A DNA stretch of 48,453 bases, the filler included, from Porpidia crustulata (Eukaryota): NCBI GenBank assembly GCA_964255105.1. It is 2 parts of 2 records of this genome, joined end to end, with 100 filler letters (N's around TTAATTAATTAA, not from the genome) between each part and the next. Parts side by side here need not be neighbours in the genome. Positions count along the whole stretch, not along the records: positions 24,305 to 48,453 come from CAXUWE010000062.1; 1 more part is not named here. The stretch is one strand, 5' to 3'. The position numbers and the translations under genes are program-made. Below are positions 37,066 through 48,453 of this stretch, one piece after another. The notes beneath the pieces are model-generated. The model was not told the origin of the DNA. It did not search any database and was given only the letters and a program-made list of their open reading frames with translations. The number at the start of each line of letters is the position of its first letter. Position 1 is the first letter of the stretch.

Positions 37066-39173
37066 TCATTTCTCAAGCCCTAATAATTCTCTCAAGATGG
37101 CTTCAGCTTTGTCGGCCTCTATCTTTCCTTCTGCTTTACGCATCATCTGACCAATAAACCATTTGAGCTTCCCCAATTGACCCTTTTGCTTAACCTGCTG
37201 CACCCTACCATCATTCTCATCGATCAAGCTTTGTGCTAACGCTAGATACTCTTGGTGCGAGAGTCGTACAAACTCCAAATTCTCGTCTCTGATAATTGTC
37301 TCAATGTCACGAGGTTCACCGTCGAAAACTATGCTCAACAACTGCTTGGCCGTCCTGCCGGTAATTCGTTCCGCTATCAAATTAGATATAATTGATGCCA
37401 TGGCCATTGGGGTGACTTTGTTATCTGCAAAAGCTGTATCAGATGCACTGAGGCGACCACCTAGCTCATGTAGGACCCTGTTTGCAAGATCAGTCATGAT
37501 CTCGGTTCTGCAGGTTTGTGGTCGGGACTGCGTACCAGTTTGCCGCTGTTTTGGCAACGAGTCTTTGTCGAAGTGACTGGGCATGCAAGCCGATGCCACT
37601 CGTAACAGTAGCAGCCATAATTGGAAGCGAGCAGCCCAAGTGTTCGAGAATCTCATCATAGTAGTCCAGCCTCGACCCACCATCCAATTCGACCAATGTT
37701 TTTGCATCTTTGATAGTCAAATCACATACATTGACAAGCTCCTGGATCGAGTCGTGCGGAAGTTCGGGCATTGTCATAGCAATGTGTTCCATAAGGTTCT
37801 GATGGATCAATGAGTCTGTGAAGATATTGACACCAAGTCGTTCGTACTTACAGAACCGATGAATATCGGGGATAGATCTGGATCGGGCATGTAGCGATAG
37901 TCTACCTCACCTTCCTTTCCACGTAACTTTCTCGTCTCTGTACTTCCAAGATTCCAGCCACGCGTTTCGCCCTCTATTCGCCCGCCACATTCGAGTACAT
38001 TTATTTGTCTATCTCGCTCGGCAATAATTGCGTCTTCAACAGCCTTGATACTACTCAGATTTTTGATTTCAGTACGCTGGCCTAAGCTGCCGATCCCGTG
38101 GTATTTGTGACTGAGAGATTCGCCACCGCTCGAGTTTTTCGGCTGAACAGAGACGTTGACATCTGCCCTTAGACCTCCCAATTCCATTCCTCGGGTCACT
38201 GCATTGGCTGCCTGTAAAACTGATTGTATTTTTCTGACGCAGGCAGCAGCAGTCTGCGGGTGATGAATCTGTGGTAGTGTGATGATCTCAACAAGCGGGT
38301 GGCCCACACGATTGAAATCTAGTAGTGTTGTTGATGGCGGTTGCTGAATTGTTTTGGCAGTGTCTTGTTCCAATTGGATTTGTTTTATGCCAATTGAAAT
38401 AGACTGTCCATCCTCAGGGGCGAGACCATCATAGTCGAAGATTGTGATACTTCCGTTTTTCGCGAAAGGTTCTGTGATTTTGATCAATAGTTGAAGAAAA
38501 AACAAGGGCTAGACACATACGGTAGTATTGTGTAATCTGATAGCCTGCAGGTTGATCCGCGTAGAAATAGTGTTTTCTATCGAACATGCTTCGTCTCTCC
38601 ACATCACATCCGAAAGCTATGGCAGCCCGAAGAGCAGGAATAAGCGTTGCTTTCTGAAACACCTGTGAAAATTTCAGGTCCACTACGTAGAATGGCAGAA
38701 GACGAAAGCCCTACCGGCTGGCTTCCAGGCAACGCAAGGTCGAAGTGAGCGACATGTGAGTTAGGGCGTTCGGTAGCAGAAGTGTGAGCATCTTCACTAA
38801 GATCAGCTGTAGCTAAATGTTACAAGGGCGATATAGCTCTACCGGAGAACAATTTATGCTCTGTGTTTAGTTGAGCATGAATCTCGATTCCCACGGTCAA
38901 CTCCCATTTTTCTAATCTGGCATTGTCGATTGACACCTGACTGATCGTACTGGTATCAAGACCAGCGCGCTTTCTTTTGGCCTCATCTTTAAGCTGCTTG
39001 CGAAGCGGGACTTCATCTCTCCTTGAAGCATTGGTTTGCAAAGCTCTTACAGGCCGTGGTGAGAGGCTCCATCGGCACGTCGATCCTATTGGGTGTTGGA
39101 GGACTCGGGAAAAGCGTAATTGCTGATTCAATACTCTGTTTCGAAAAGCAACGACGGGAGATACTATGAACAT
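37066..39173 (-). CDS. PET112: Mitochondrial Glu-tRNA(Gln) amidotransferase subunit B (GatB); five introns
   Basis: [97 protein letters not shown]. Confidence 0.95.
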
Positions 39174-39484
39174 CAAGTACACATGATTAGGCGGGAGTTT
39201 ATGAAGACGGCATAGAATGGACACCCTCGACCCTTCTCGGGCACTCGGGGTTCTGCGCTATCGGTGAGTTTTAGGGCTCGGCGAACAAACCGATCCGGCA
39301 CTATTCCGCAGACGTCGATAAGTATCCATCCAGCAAACCTTCGATTCTATCTAGATACAAGTGGGGTTGATATTTTATTGAAGTCGACATCTTCCCTATA
39401 CTAAGTTTTTATTGAAAGTAGAGTTTAATATCATCCGCTCATCCTCATTGTCACTTTCGATCTCATTCTCCTTGAACCGCCATC

Positions 39485-41114
39485 ATGGCTACGTACGCCT
39501 TACCATTGTCTCACCGCGATGTGGGTTTACTGATTTGCCTCCCGTATTCTCTCAAGTAGAAAATCTAACGCTCGCTGCAGCTTCTGGAGAAGACTCTTGT
39601 AGAAACAGATCCCGAAATTGCCGCCATTATGGTTTGCCTCCTGTTGTTCTCGAATCGTGGCATTTACTCTAATCCACGTTCATAGAAAAACGAGGTGCAA
39701 CGACAGCGCGAATCTATCGTCCTAATAGCCTCGGAAAACTTTACGTCCCGTGCGGTATTCGACGCTCTCGGATCACCCATGTCAAATAAATACTCGGAAG
39801 GCTATCCTGGGGCACGTTATTACGGGGGCAATGAATTTATTGATCAGATTGAATTAACTTGTCAAGCTCGCGCTCTGGAGGCTTTCAACTTGGACCCGAA
39901 GAAATGGGGTGTAAATGTTCAAACGCTCAGTGGTAGTCCCGCAAATCTACAAGTCTACCAAGCAATAATGAGACCGCACGAAAGGTTGATGGGACTCGAT
40001 CTTCCGCACGGAGGTATATATCGACCCGCTATGCTTGAATTTGTAGATCTAACAAAGCTCAAGGTCATCTCAGTCATGGCTACCAAACACCTCAAAAGAA
40101 GTAATACATTTTGTTACTAAATTTTAGGGAGGTTTGGCTAATAAGTGCAGGATATCCGCCGTTTCCACGTACTTCGAGACCTTCCCCTACAGAGTAAACC
40201 TTGAGACTGGTATAATCGACTATGAATTACTGGAAGAGAACGCTCTCATGTACCGGCCGAAGGTCCTTGTCGCTGGTACCTCTGCTTACTGTAGATTGAT
40301 CGATTACAAGCGGATGCGCGAAATCGCCGACTTATGCGGCGCGTATCTTCTTGTTGACATGGCCCACATCTCGGGTCTGATATCAGCCGGCGTTATTCCT
40401 TCTCCCTTTCACTATGCCGACATTGTCACCACTACCACGCATAAGTCGTTGCGCGGTCCCAGGGGTGCGATGATTTTCTTTCGAAAGAGGGTGCGAAAGT
40501 CTGATCCAAAGACCGGGAAAGAGACACTGTACGACCTGGAGGGCCCAATTAACTTTTCGGTTTTCCCCGGCCACCAGGGGGGTCCCCACAATCATACGAT
40601 CACCGCACTCGCTGTGGCACTCAAGCAAGCCACTACGCCAGACTTCAAGCAATACCAGCAACAGGTTATCAAGAATGCCAAAGCTCTAGAAGTCGAGTTC
40701 AAACGTTTGGGGTACAAGTTGGTTGCAGACGGTACAGATAGTCACATGGTATTGCTTGACCTTAGATCCAAGAATTTGGATGGCGCCCGTGTGGAAGCTG
40801 TCCTCGAACAAGTTAACATAGCTTGCAACAAAAACGCCATTCCAGGGGATAAATCAGCTCTGACGCCGTTTGGTATCCGTATTGGTGCCCCTGCAATGTC
40901 AACCCGGGGTATGGGCGAGGAAGACTTCAAGAAGATTGCCAATTATATCGATAAATGTATTAGCATGTGCAATGACATCCAGTCCAAGCTACCGAAAGAT
41001 GCGAACAGATTGAAGGACTTCAAAGCTAAGGTTGCCAGCGGCGAGGTGTCGGAGATCAATGAGCTAAAAAAGGAGATTGCCAGTTGGGCGGGCAGTTTTC
41101 CTTTGCCAGTGTAG
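39485..41114 (+). CDS. SHM2: Cytosolic serine hydroxymethyltransferase; four introns (39521-39580, 39632-39685, about 40014-40063, about 40101-40150)
   Basis: [33 protein letters not shown] after splicing, PLP-lysine motif [21 protein letters not shown]; no mitochondrial presequence ([12 protein letters not shown]). Confidence 0.96.
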
Positions 41115-41439
41115 GTGTTTTTCGTGTAGTTCGCGGAGGCGGTATTTTGCATGCCATATGTTCCACACATATTGGTGACGGGTCATGGCCAGGCGTTTTT
41201 CAACGGAAAAGACGGTGAAATGAGGCCTAGGTCCTCCGGTTGGCTGCTTCAACGCATAGCGTTTCTTTTCTCTCTCAGATCTTGTACATTGGTCCGTTCA
41301 ACCGCAGCGTATCGAGTTGTCGATATCGCTACCGCTTAGCTTAACCCAGCGGAATGTATATACTCAGCACAAGTCATTGTGGCTACGAGCCTTCAATAGT
41401 CGTCTCTGGAGTCGTGTTCTTCCAATAATTCGAAATTTG

Positions 41440-41853
41440 CTACGGCTGCGGGCGCTCCTCTTCACATGCGGTCCTTGCGGCCTCCGTTATGCTCCTCATC
41501 ACTCCATTTAACCTTTCCGCCTCACTCTCCAAGTCCTTGATTTCCGCCTGCTGCTCCTCAATCGTCCTGTCGACGTCCGGTAGCCCCTGAACCGCCATGC
41601 GTGCCTTTTGAATCTTGTTCTTTATTTCGGACGTAGCCGTTCCTAGACTTTTCGGAGCCAAGTAGTCAGAATTAGCCATCGATAGATCGAGACCTGGAGA
41701 CGTGGAGACGATGGCTCCACTCGAGCCTTGCGGAGGAGGAAGCAGGAGGCGTGAGAGGATATGGTGAAGGGGTGGTAAGATATCGAAGGTCGATGGAGGT
41801 GGGAGAGTTGACGTAGATGACGGTGATGGAGCTAACGACATAGCTGACGGCAT
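41440..41853 (-). CDS. MED9: Mediator of RNA polymerase II transcription subunit 9 (Cse2)
   Basis: PPPSTFDILPPLHHILSRL and IKNKIQKAR..V..LPDVDRTIEEQQAEI..LE match the fungal Med9 pattern. Confidence 0.85.
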   Translation of the reverse strand: MPSAMSLAPSPSSTSTLPPPSTFDILPPLHHILSRLLLPPPQGSSGAIVSTSPGLDLSMANSDYLAPKSLGTATSEIKNKIQKARMAVQGLPDVDRTIEEQQAEIKDLESEAERLNGVMRSITEAARTACEEERPQP

Positions 41854-42154
41854 TTCTAATGATTATTTTGAGAGGGCACGAAAGTTGAGAAGGTCGTGGC
41901 TTTTGGAATATCCTTGGAGGTTTTACTTGATTGTGATGAAGTGAGGTTGCGCGTTTGGGTTGCTTCCTTTTTGGAGGTGCCCCGCAGGTCCGCCAACCCC
42001 TCCAAAACAGCTCATTTTTCTCTCAACAAACCCAATTGGAGGCATTTCTTTTTCTACAGTGAGATTGTTTGCTGATCATAAATCTTTCATTTCCTTAGAA
42101 TTTATCTAGAAGGCCTCTGAAAGACACTCTATTCTAGAAACAACAGCCAGCAGC

Positions 42155-43827
42155 ATGGTCAAAGTCCAGCGAAAGGCGGTGCTGAGTGGGTGAACACGAT
42201 CGAAGCTCGGAAGAAGCCCTCTAATTATCTATCTAGTTGTTATTGATGGCTGGGGTATACCGACCGAATCGTCCCCTAAAGACGGTGATGCAATTGCTGC
42301 TGCCGAAACCCCATTTATGGATGGATTCTCAGCAAAGAACTCCACGACCGCGCAAGGTTACACCGAGCTTGAAGCTTCATCATTAGCAGTTGGCCTACCA
42401 GAAGGTCTCATGGGCAACAGTGAAGTTGGCCACCTAAACATTGGCGCTGGAAGAGTTGTATGGCAGGATGTGGTCCGCATAGATCAGACGATCAAGAAAC
42501 AAGAATTGGATAAGGTCAAGACCCTTACAGACTCGTTCCAAAGAGCCATAGATGGAAACGGAAGATTGCATTTGCTAGGACTGGTTTCTGACGGAGGTGT
42601 GCATTCCCACATCAAGCATCTCTTTGCTCTCCTACAGCTTGCAAAATCTATGAAGGTCCCTGAAGTCTTCATCCACTTCTTTGGTGATGGCAGAGATACC
42701 GACCCCAAATCTGGCGCCGGCTACATGAAAGAGTTACTGGCCAAGCTAAAAGAGCTAGGCATAGGTCAGATCGCCACCGTAGTCGGCCGATACTACATCA
42801 TGGACCGTGACAAGCGCTGGGACCGTGTTGAAATTGGCATGAAAGGCGTCGTAACTGGCGAAGGCGAGAATAGTACGGATCCTGTGGCTGCGATAGAAGA
42901 GAGATATTCCAAAGGAGAGAATGACGAATTTCTAAAGCCCATCATCGTAGGGGGACAGAAGGCCCGCGTTCAAGGTAAGAATCGGTGAACAACCCGTCTA
43001 AATCACAAACTTACCTTGGCCCTTTCCTAGATAATGACACCCTCTTCTTCTTCAATTACCGGTCCGACCGTGTCCGCGAAATTACGCAGCTCCTTGGCGA
43101 CGTCGATCGTTCCCCAAAACCCTCCTTCCCGTACCCCAAAAACATCTCCATCACAACAATGACCCAATACAATCTCTCCTACCCCTTTGACATCGCATTC
43201 AAACCGCAACATATGGGTAATGTTCTCGCTGAATACCTTGGCTCGAAGGATGTCAAACAATGCCATGTCGCCGAGACCGAAAAGTACGCCCACGTAACCT
43301 TCTTCTTCAACGGCGGCGTCGAAAAACAGTTCCCGGGCGAAGACAGAGACATGGTCCCCAGCCCTAAAGTCGCCACCTACGACCTCGAACCCAAAATGAG
43401 CGCAGCCGGCGTGGCCGCCAAACTCTGCGAGCGCATCCGCCAAGGCAACTACGAATTCCTCATGAACAATTTCGCCCCCCCCGACATGGTCGGCCACACC
43501 GGCGTCTACAAAGCCGCCATCGACGCTGTCGCCGAAACCGACAAGGCCATTGGGGAGGTGTACGAGTGCTGCAAGAAAGAAGGGTATGTGCTGTTCGTGA
43601 CGTCGGACCACGGCAACGCGGAAGAGATGCTCAACGAGCAGGGGAAGCCCAAGACGAGCCATACGACCAACAAAGTGCCGTTTGTCATGGCGAATGCGCC
43701 GAGGGGGTGGAGTTTGAAGGAGGGGGACGAGGCTGTGCTGGGAGATGTGGCACCGACGGTCTTGGAGGTTATGGGGTTGGGACAGCCGGGGGAGATGAGC
43801 GGGAAGAGTTTGTTGGTTAAGGGGTAG
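42155..43827 (+). CDS. gpmI: 2,3-bisphosphoglycerate-independent phosphoglycerate mutase (iPGM); introns 42186-42236, 42975-43030
   Basis: VIDGWG, catalytic MGNSEVGHLNIGAGR, SDGGVHSH, DGRDT, GRYYIMDRDKRW, FNYRSDR, AETEKYAHVTFFFNGG, PDMVGHTG, TSDHGNAE. Confidence 0.97.
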
Positions 43828-44433
43828 CGGGTATGGGACAGGTATGCGGGCGGAATAGAAAGCGGGGAGGGGAAGGTATAGATAGACGTCTTCATGTATA
43901 AATGCCCTCGTTCACGAAATTCATGTTCTATGATCCCTCTCAAAGCCATTCTCATATTTCGAACACGTGAATTTGGTACATCTACATTATCTTCTCAAAG
44001 ATCCGCAATTTCTTTCATGAAATCGCGATACCCGATCATATGATATTTCCCACTCTGATACGCCTCCATCGCATCCTCGATTCCCCAGCGCTCGATATCC
44101 ATTTCCACTTCATCACCCTCGAAGCCCACGGCGAATTAACAATCAGAAGCATCGATGCGATCGGTCCATATATCCTCAAACTCGCCCGTGTTGAACTTTG
44201 GATATCTTGAACATCTCTCTTTCAATTATTGTTTAATCGAAGATGATGACCTCTTTTCGGCTTTTGACTTTGAGAGCTCCTTTGTGGGCTTTTTTTGCGA
44301 GATATCTGGTTGCTTTGCTACTGTGGAGTGGTAGGCTCTCATGTCTTTGCCTAGATCCGGCAAGCTTCTTCTTGGGATTTTAAGCTGAGTCTTATTCGTT
44401 GAGGAGTGGTGGGTGCTCTCAGCTTACGGTTCC

Positions 44434-46006
44434 TCAGGGGTTGGTGGGCGACTGAGGTTGGGCGGCAGGCTCACGGGCTTCTCTGCGCAGACGCTTTTCG
44501 GCTTTTCGACGCCGCTTTTCTTCGTTGCTTCTTGAAGGTTTGGTGGTAGAGGGGGCTGAGATGGGGGAGGTCTCTGTGCGATCATGTAGATTATTATTAG
44601 CTTCTGAATCAACGGGCTTGATATCGGTTGGATATTGTTGCACGTCCATTGTATCTCCAGTGTCTGTTCTTATTTCAGTGTGGCTCGAGGATGTGGCTGG
44701 CAATTGGCTCGAGTTTTCCTTATTCAAATCTGTGTGCTGAGAATCTTTAATCTTGTTCGCAGGTGAATCATAGCGATCTTGTCCCTTGGTCTTAGATTTC
44801 TTGTCTCTTTTCGCTTTTGAGCTTGAGGTCGGTTCCTCCTGACGAGGCACATCACTATTAACCGCATTATGGTCTCTCTTCTTCTTAGCTGACTTCGGCG
44901 TTACAAAAACACCTGCATCCGAGATTGAAGCTGGCTGTTGGTGATTGAGTTCTTCCTGTCTTCCATGGCCAACTGTCTTGAATGCCTCAACATTGGGCGG
45001 AGCGTGAAATCGCGGAGCACTGTCTGGGTTTTCTGACGACGAGCTATCCAAATCGCCAAATGGTCTGTACCGCATCCTCAGTCCTGTTGGCTGTTGACGT
45101 ATCGCTTTCTTGTACACAACTGGTGGGTTTTGAGCGTCCTCTGGCCGACGTTGTGAGCTTCCTGAAAGATTTGGTGGCCGTGCTAGCTGCTGGAGATGCA
45201 ACGTTTTAAATATGCCCGTTCTCGTATCTCTAAAATCATTGCTTTTGGGACACGGTAATAGCAGTGTATCTTTGGATATTCCACTCTGTTCGTCTTGGAC
45301 CAAGACCCATTCTACACCCTTGTGCGAGAGAATCGATGTCCCATCCTGCACGCTCTTAGCAGCTAAATCTTTGATTGAATCAATGGGCACGGCCTGTGGA
45401 ACAGTAATATGCCATATTTGTTTGCTTTGCAGACTCGAAGGCGCGAAAATGTCGGCTAAGTTCGAGGACTTTGAGGTGACTATTGAGGTCTTTACAAAAT
45501 TCGGAGGCGGTCTATACGGAGTTGCTACCCTTACAGTTGAGGACTGTACTACTCTATTGTATGTCAGTCGGCCATCTTACAAGTTATAGAGTCGAGTACT
45601 TTTGCTTCTCCTGTCCAGAAGCTCGTCCTGGTACCTCATACCTACCCGCTGCTTCGCCTGCATCTCTATTACTGACACTGCTATCATCATCGTCATCGCT
45701 TTTTTCAGAACTCGAGTCTCGACTGGAGGGACTCGGACTTCTAAGCTTCTGGTGCGCGGAGATATTTTTTATTGTTCTTTTGGAATTAGATTTAGTATGG
45801 GAAGTCAAAACCTTTCCCTGAATCCTCTGAACGGGCGATGAGTTTTTGGAAGCAGGGTTGGGACTCTGCTCGCTGCTGGATGAGCCCACATTTAAGTTGT
45901 CCTCTGAAGAGTCGTGGACAAATTCAGCGCTCTTTTGCAGCTTTGTGGACGGCTGTGCTTTAGGGGATCTCGAGCTTCTCCTGTGGCTTGCGATCTTTGT
46001 AGACAT
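44434..46006 (-). CDS. RPA34: RNA polymerase I subunit RPA34.5-like; intron about 45554-45641
   Basis: Spliced sequence PYRPPPNF...LQSKQIWHITVPQAVPIDSIKDL and RQQPTGLRMRYRPFG, followed by a Lys-rich tail, typical of Pezizomycotina A34.5. Start and donor positions uncertain. Confidence 0.78.
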
Positions 46007-46468
46007 TTCGAGGCTTTGCGTCACGCAAAGCCCTCACCCATGACAGTTGTTCACCAAGACCTTCCGCATTAAATTCATGATACCTAAGAAGGGAAGTTTT
46101 CCACTGTTATTCAGCCCATACGCTCCCGTCTACGCGTGTACACTAGCAAGACTAGTCACGATTAGCGGCTACCTTAAGAAATCGAGACATGGAGATTTGC
46201 ATACCTCAACGTACTTAGCAGAAGACGAATTCGCAATCCCCTGGCCATGATGATCAGGCCCGGATCATCTAAGCTGGGTGGCAAGGATGATTGATTGGAG
46301 TTATGTGTTTGCTCAAAACGGAGAACGACACGTTCCAAACCCGCCTTTCATAAAATGTTTCTTGTACGCAAACGGCCAATACTGGATTTCACTCATTACT
46401 GTGTCTATATTACTATTATCGTTTGCTTTCCTTCGTGACTTTCATTCTCTCGCCTCTTGATTACAGTG

Positions 46469-47732
46469 ATGGACTCTCTGCTGGACTCTCAAATAGAGAA
46501 AATAGAAATTATGTCGGCTCGTGGGTCGAAATGCGATTCTGATCGCGAGTCGGTCTACTCCAGCGATTCAAATGGCTCAGGCATCACTGACACATCCACG
46601 CTGATGTACTCTCATGAGCCGTTCGAAACGTACCAGTTACATGTCTTGCAGCTCTGCAATGATCTATGGCCTACTCTTCACCAAGAATACAGCGTCGAAC
46701 GGCTAAAAGGGGGTTCCTATAATTGGATTATCGGCATTGACGTGTTCGGGACAGACCCTCGTCGTCCGACTTGCCTAATTCTCCGCGTCCCACGCGATGA
46801 ATACAATCGTATTGATCAAGAAGTGGCAATACTCCAATATGTGCAGCGACATACCAACATCCCTATACCGACTGTGGTTGCGTCTGATCATACAAGCGCC
46901 AACGCGCTGAGCCAACCTTATATGGTACAGAACCGGCTTTCCGGCACCAGCCTACATTCCACCTATCGAGATCTGAGTTACAAGCAGAAGCGCCTGATCG
47001 CAGAGCAGTACGGGCACTTGTTACTAGATTTACAAAATGTTACCAGCAAAGTTGCAGGGGTGATCGAGGGTACAACCTCAGACATGGACGAAGAGAAATT
47101 TAAAGTTGTTCACTTCGCCCTTGACCGTTTCAATGAGAAATCGCTCTCCGCGGATGTTCCAGGTGAATCAACCACTGCTGAAATGCTCATAGGACAATTT
47201 AGGCGATTCAAAGCCAAGGCATTGTGCTGCGAGCCACCTGACATGTTCCTTACGGGTTTCTGGAATCAGCTTGAGACGGCAGCAACAGAGATGGAAGAGG
47301 CCGTATCTTCAACATGACAAAGCATTCCTTATGCCACCTCGATCTAATGCCTCGCAATATTATGATTGAGCTCGAACCAGAAGTATCAGTTTCAGGGGTC
47401 CTCGACTGGGACAGCGCCGTTTTTGTTCCTGAATTCATGTCCTGCGCGCCGCTATCCTGGGTCTGGGCATGGGACGATGAAGAAGAAGACAACGACGAAG
47501 AAGGTGCGAATACCGTACCTCATGCTTTTGAGGATCAATAGTTGAAAGGGATTTTTGAGGACACTGTTGGGCCGAGAATTCTTGAATATATAAGCCAGAG
47601 TACAGGTTAGCTAGAAAGTTGTGCAACGCTGCCATCAATGGAATGCACTCGAATAAAGATTTAGGAGTTGTCGAGGGTTTCTTGGAACAACGGGCGGAGC
47701 TCAAAGAACTATTACTGATCAAACAGGAATAG
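46469..47732 (+). pseudogene. Aminoglycoside phosphotransferase/choline kinase-like (APH family) gene, disrupted
   Basis: ERLKGGSYN, ILRVPR, EVAILQYV, IPIPTVVA, PYMVQNRLSG, CHLDLMPRNIM, GVLDWD, YKPEYRLARKL. Frameshift near 47303, in-frame TAG at 47539-47541, further frameshift(s) near 47575-47590; no introns explain them. Confidence 0.8.
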
Positions 47733-47808
47733 ATCCGCCGCATTCAGCCGTTCGTTGGTCAAAGAAGATAGTTGTCTTACCATTTGCAGCATTTCAATGT
47801 TCAGAGTC

Positions 47809-47824
47809 CATTCATTCATTCATT
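47809..47824. repeat. Microsatellite (CATT)4
   Basis: cattcattcattcatt read directly. Confidence 0.6.
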
Positions 47825-48453
47825 GTCTAAGGAATAATATTTAATTTGCACCATGTTCCTACCCTATGGTAAAAGCATACTGTCTAAGTGGATAGATATA
47901 CGATATGCCTCATTACAAAACGAAGACGACACATCACTGCCCCAAGCGAAGCAAAGGGAACTGCCGCAGGCAGAACGGCTACTGTACTGAACATCAGGAA
48001 AATGACTCAGTACATGTTGAATGGGTCTATCTAAAGGGCGAGGGTTGTAAGATATGCAATCAAGCGTAAGTCGACTGAGCCCCAAATAACTCCGGAATAC
48101 TGACATAGCTTTAGGGCATACTGGCCAGAGAAAAGGGGGCAATCATAATCATCTCCCCTTAGTTTTGGAGGACCCCTCCGAACTCACAAATCGCTGCTTG
48201 TTTGGTCGGAGAGCTTTATCCGCCAAGACGATCCTGAGAAGATTCCTTGTTCTCGATATTACTTGCGATACTGTCACAGCCGCCTTTGTTCATGTATTCC
48301 TTCAGCTAGTGATGAAACAGCCATCGGGATGTTCGGGCACCATGTCTATTTGAGATTCTCCTAGCAGCCATGTTTACTACACTCAAGAATGTCTATTTAC
48401 TGTAACGGTTGTTCTAATAACAACACAAGATATAGGCAGAGATGCAAACGAGT

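Noticed and set aside
43027..43662. 211-aa antisense ORF over iPGM, and similar antisense ORFs over apsB, the LCAT-like gene and PTC6
   Set aside because: Shadow ORFs expected from high GC3 or coiled-coil codon usage; no recognisable motifs.

Overview
Eukaryotic DNA from a filamentous ascomycete (Pezizomycotina; short GT..AG introns of mostly 45-90 nt with CTRAY-type branch points, apsB and cofactor-independent PGM present; a lichen-forming or Eurotiomycete-like lineage is a guess). The window is a gene-dense block of mostly housekeeping genes: SCS7, an RBM39/PAD-1-type splicing factor, a coiled-coil hypothetical protein, PTC6-type PP2C, PIS1, a PHD-finger protein, an LCAT-like hydrolase and the 5' end of a nitronate monooxygenase cut by an artificial 100-nt scaffold linker (N44-TTAATTAATTAA-N44). 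After the linker come apsB/Mto1, a 4-TM protein, a 71-aa three-exon gene missing from the ORF track, an NDH-2, arginase, PET112, SHM2, MED9, iPGM, RPA34 and a decayed APH-like kinase pseudogene. No mobile element, RNA gene or secondary-metabolite cluster could be supported, and no clear-cut new system is evident. The best leads are (i) a spliced, in-frame upstream exon of the hypothetical gene blocked only by one UAG, (ii) a stop-free 3n intron inside RNP1 of the splicing factor, (iii) the hidden small gene with STRE-like promoter motifs and a hairpin intron, (iv) recurrent C-rich to G-rich skew switch points, and (v) stop-poor relic frames behind RPA34 and NDH-2. All gene models were spliced by eye; no searches were run.
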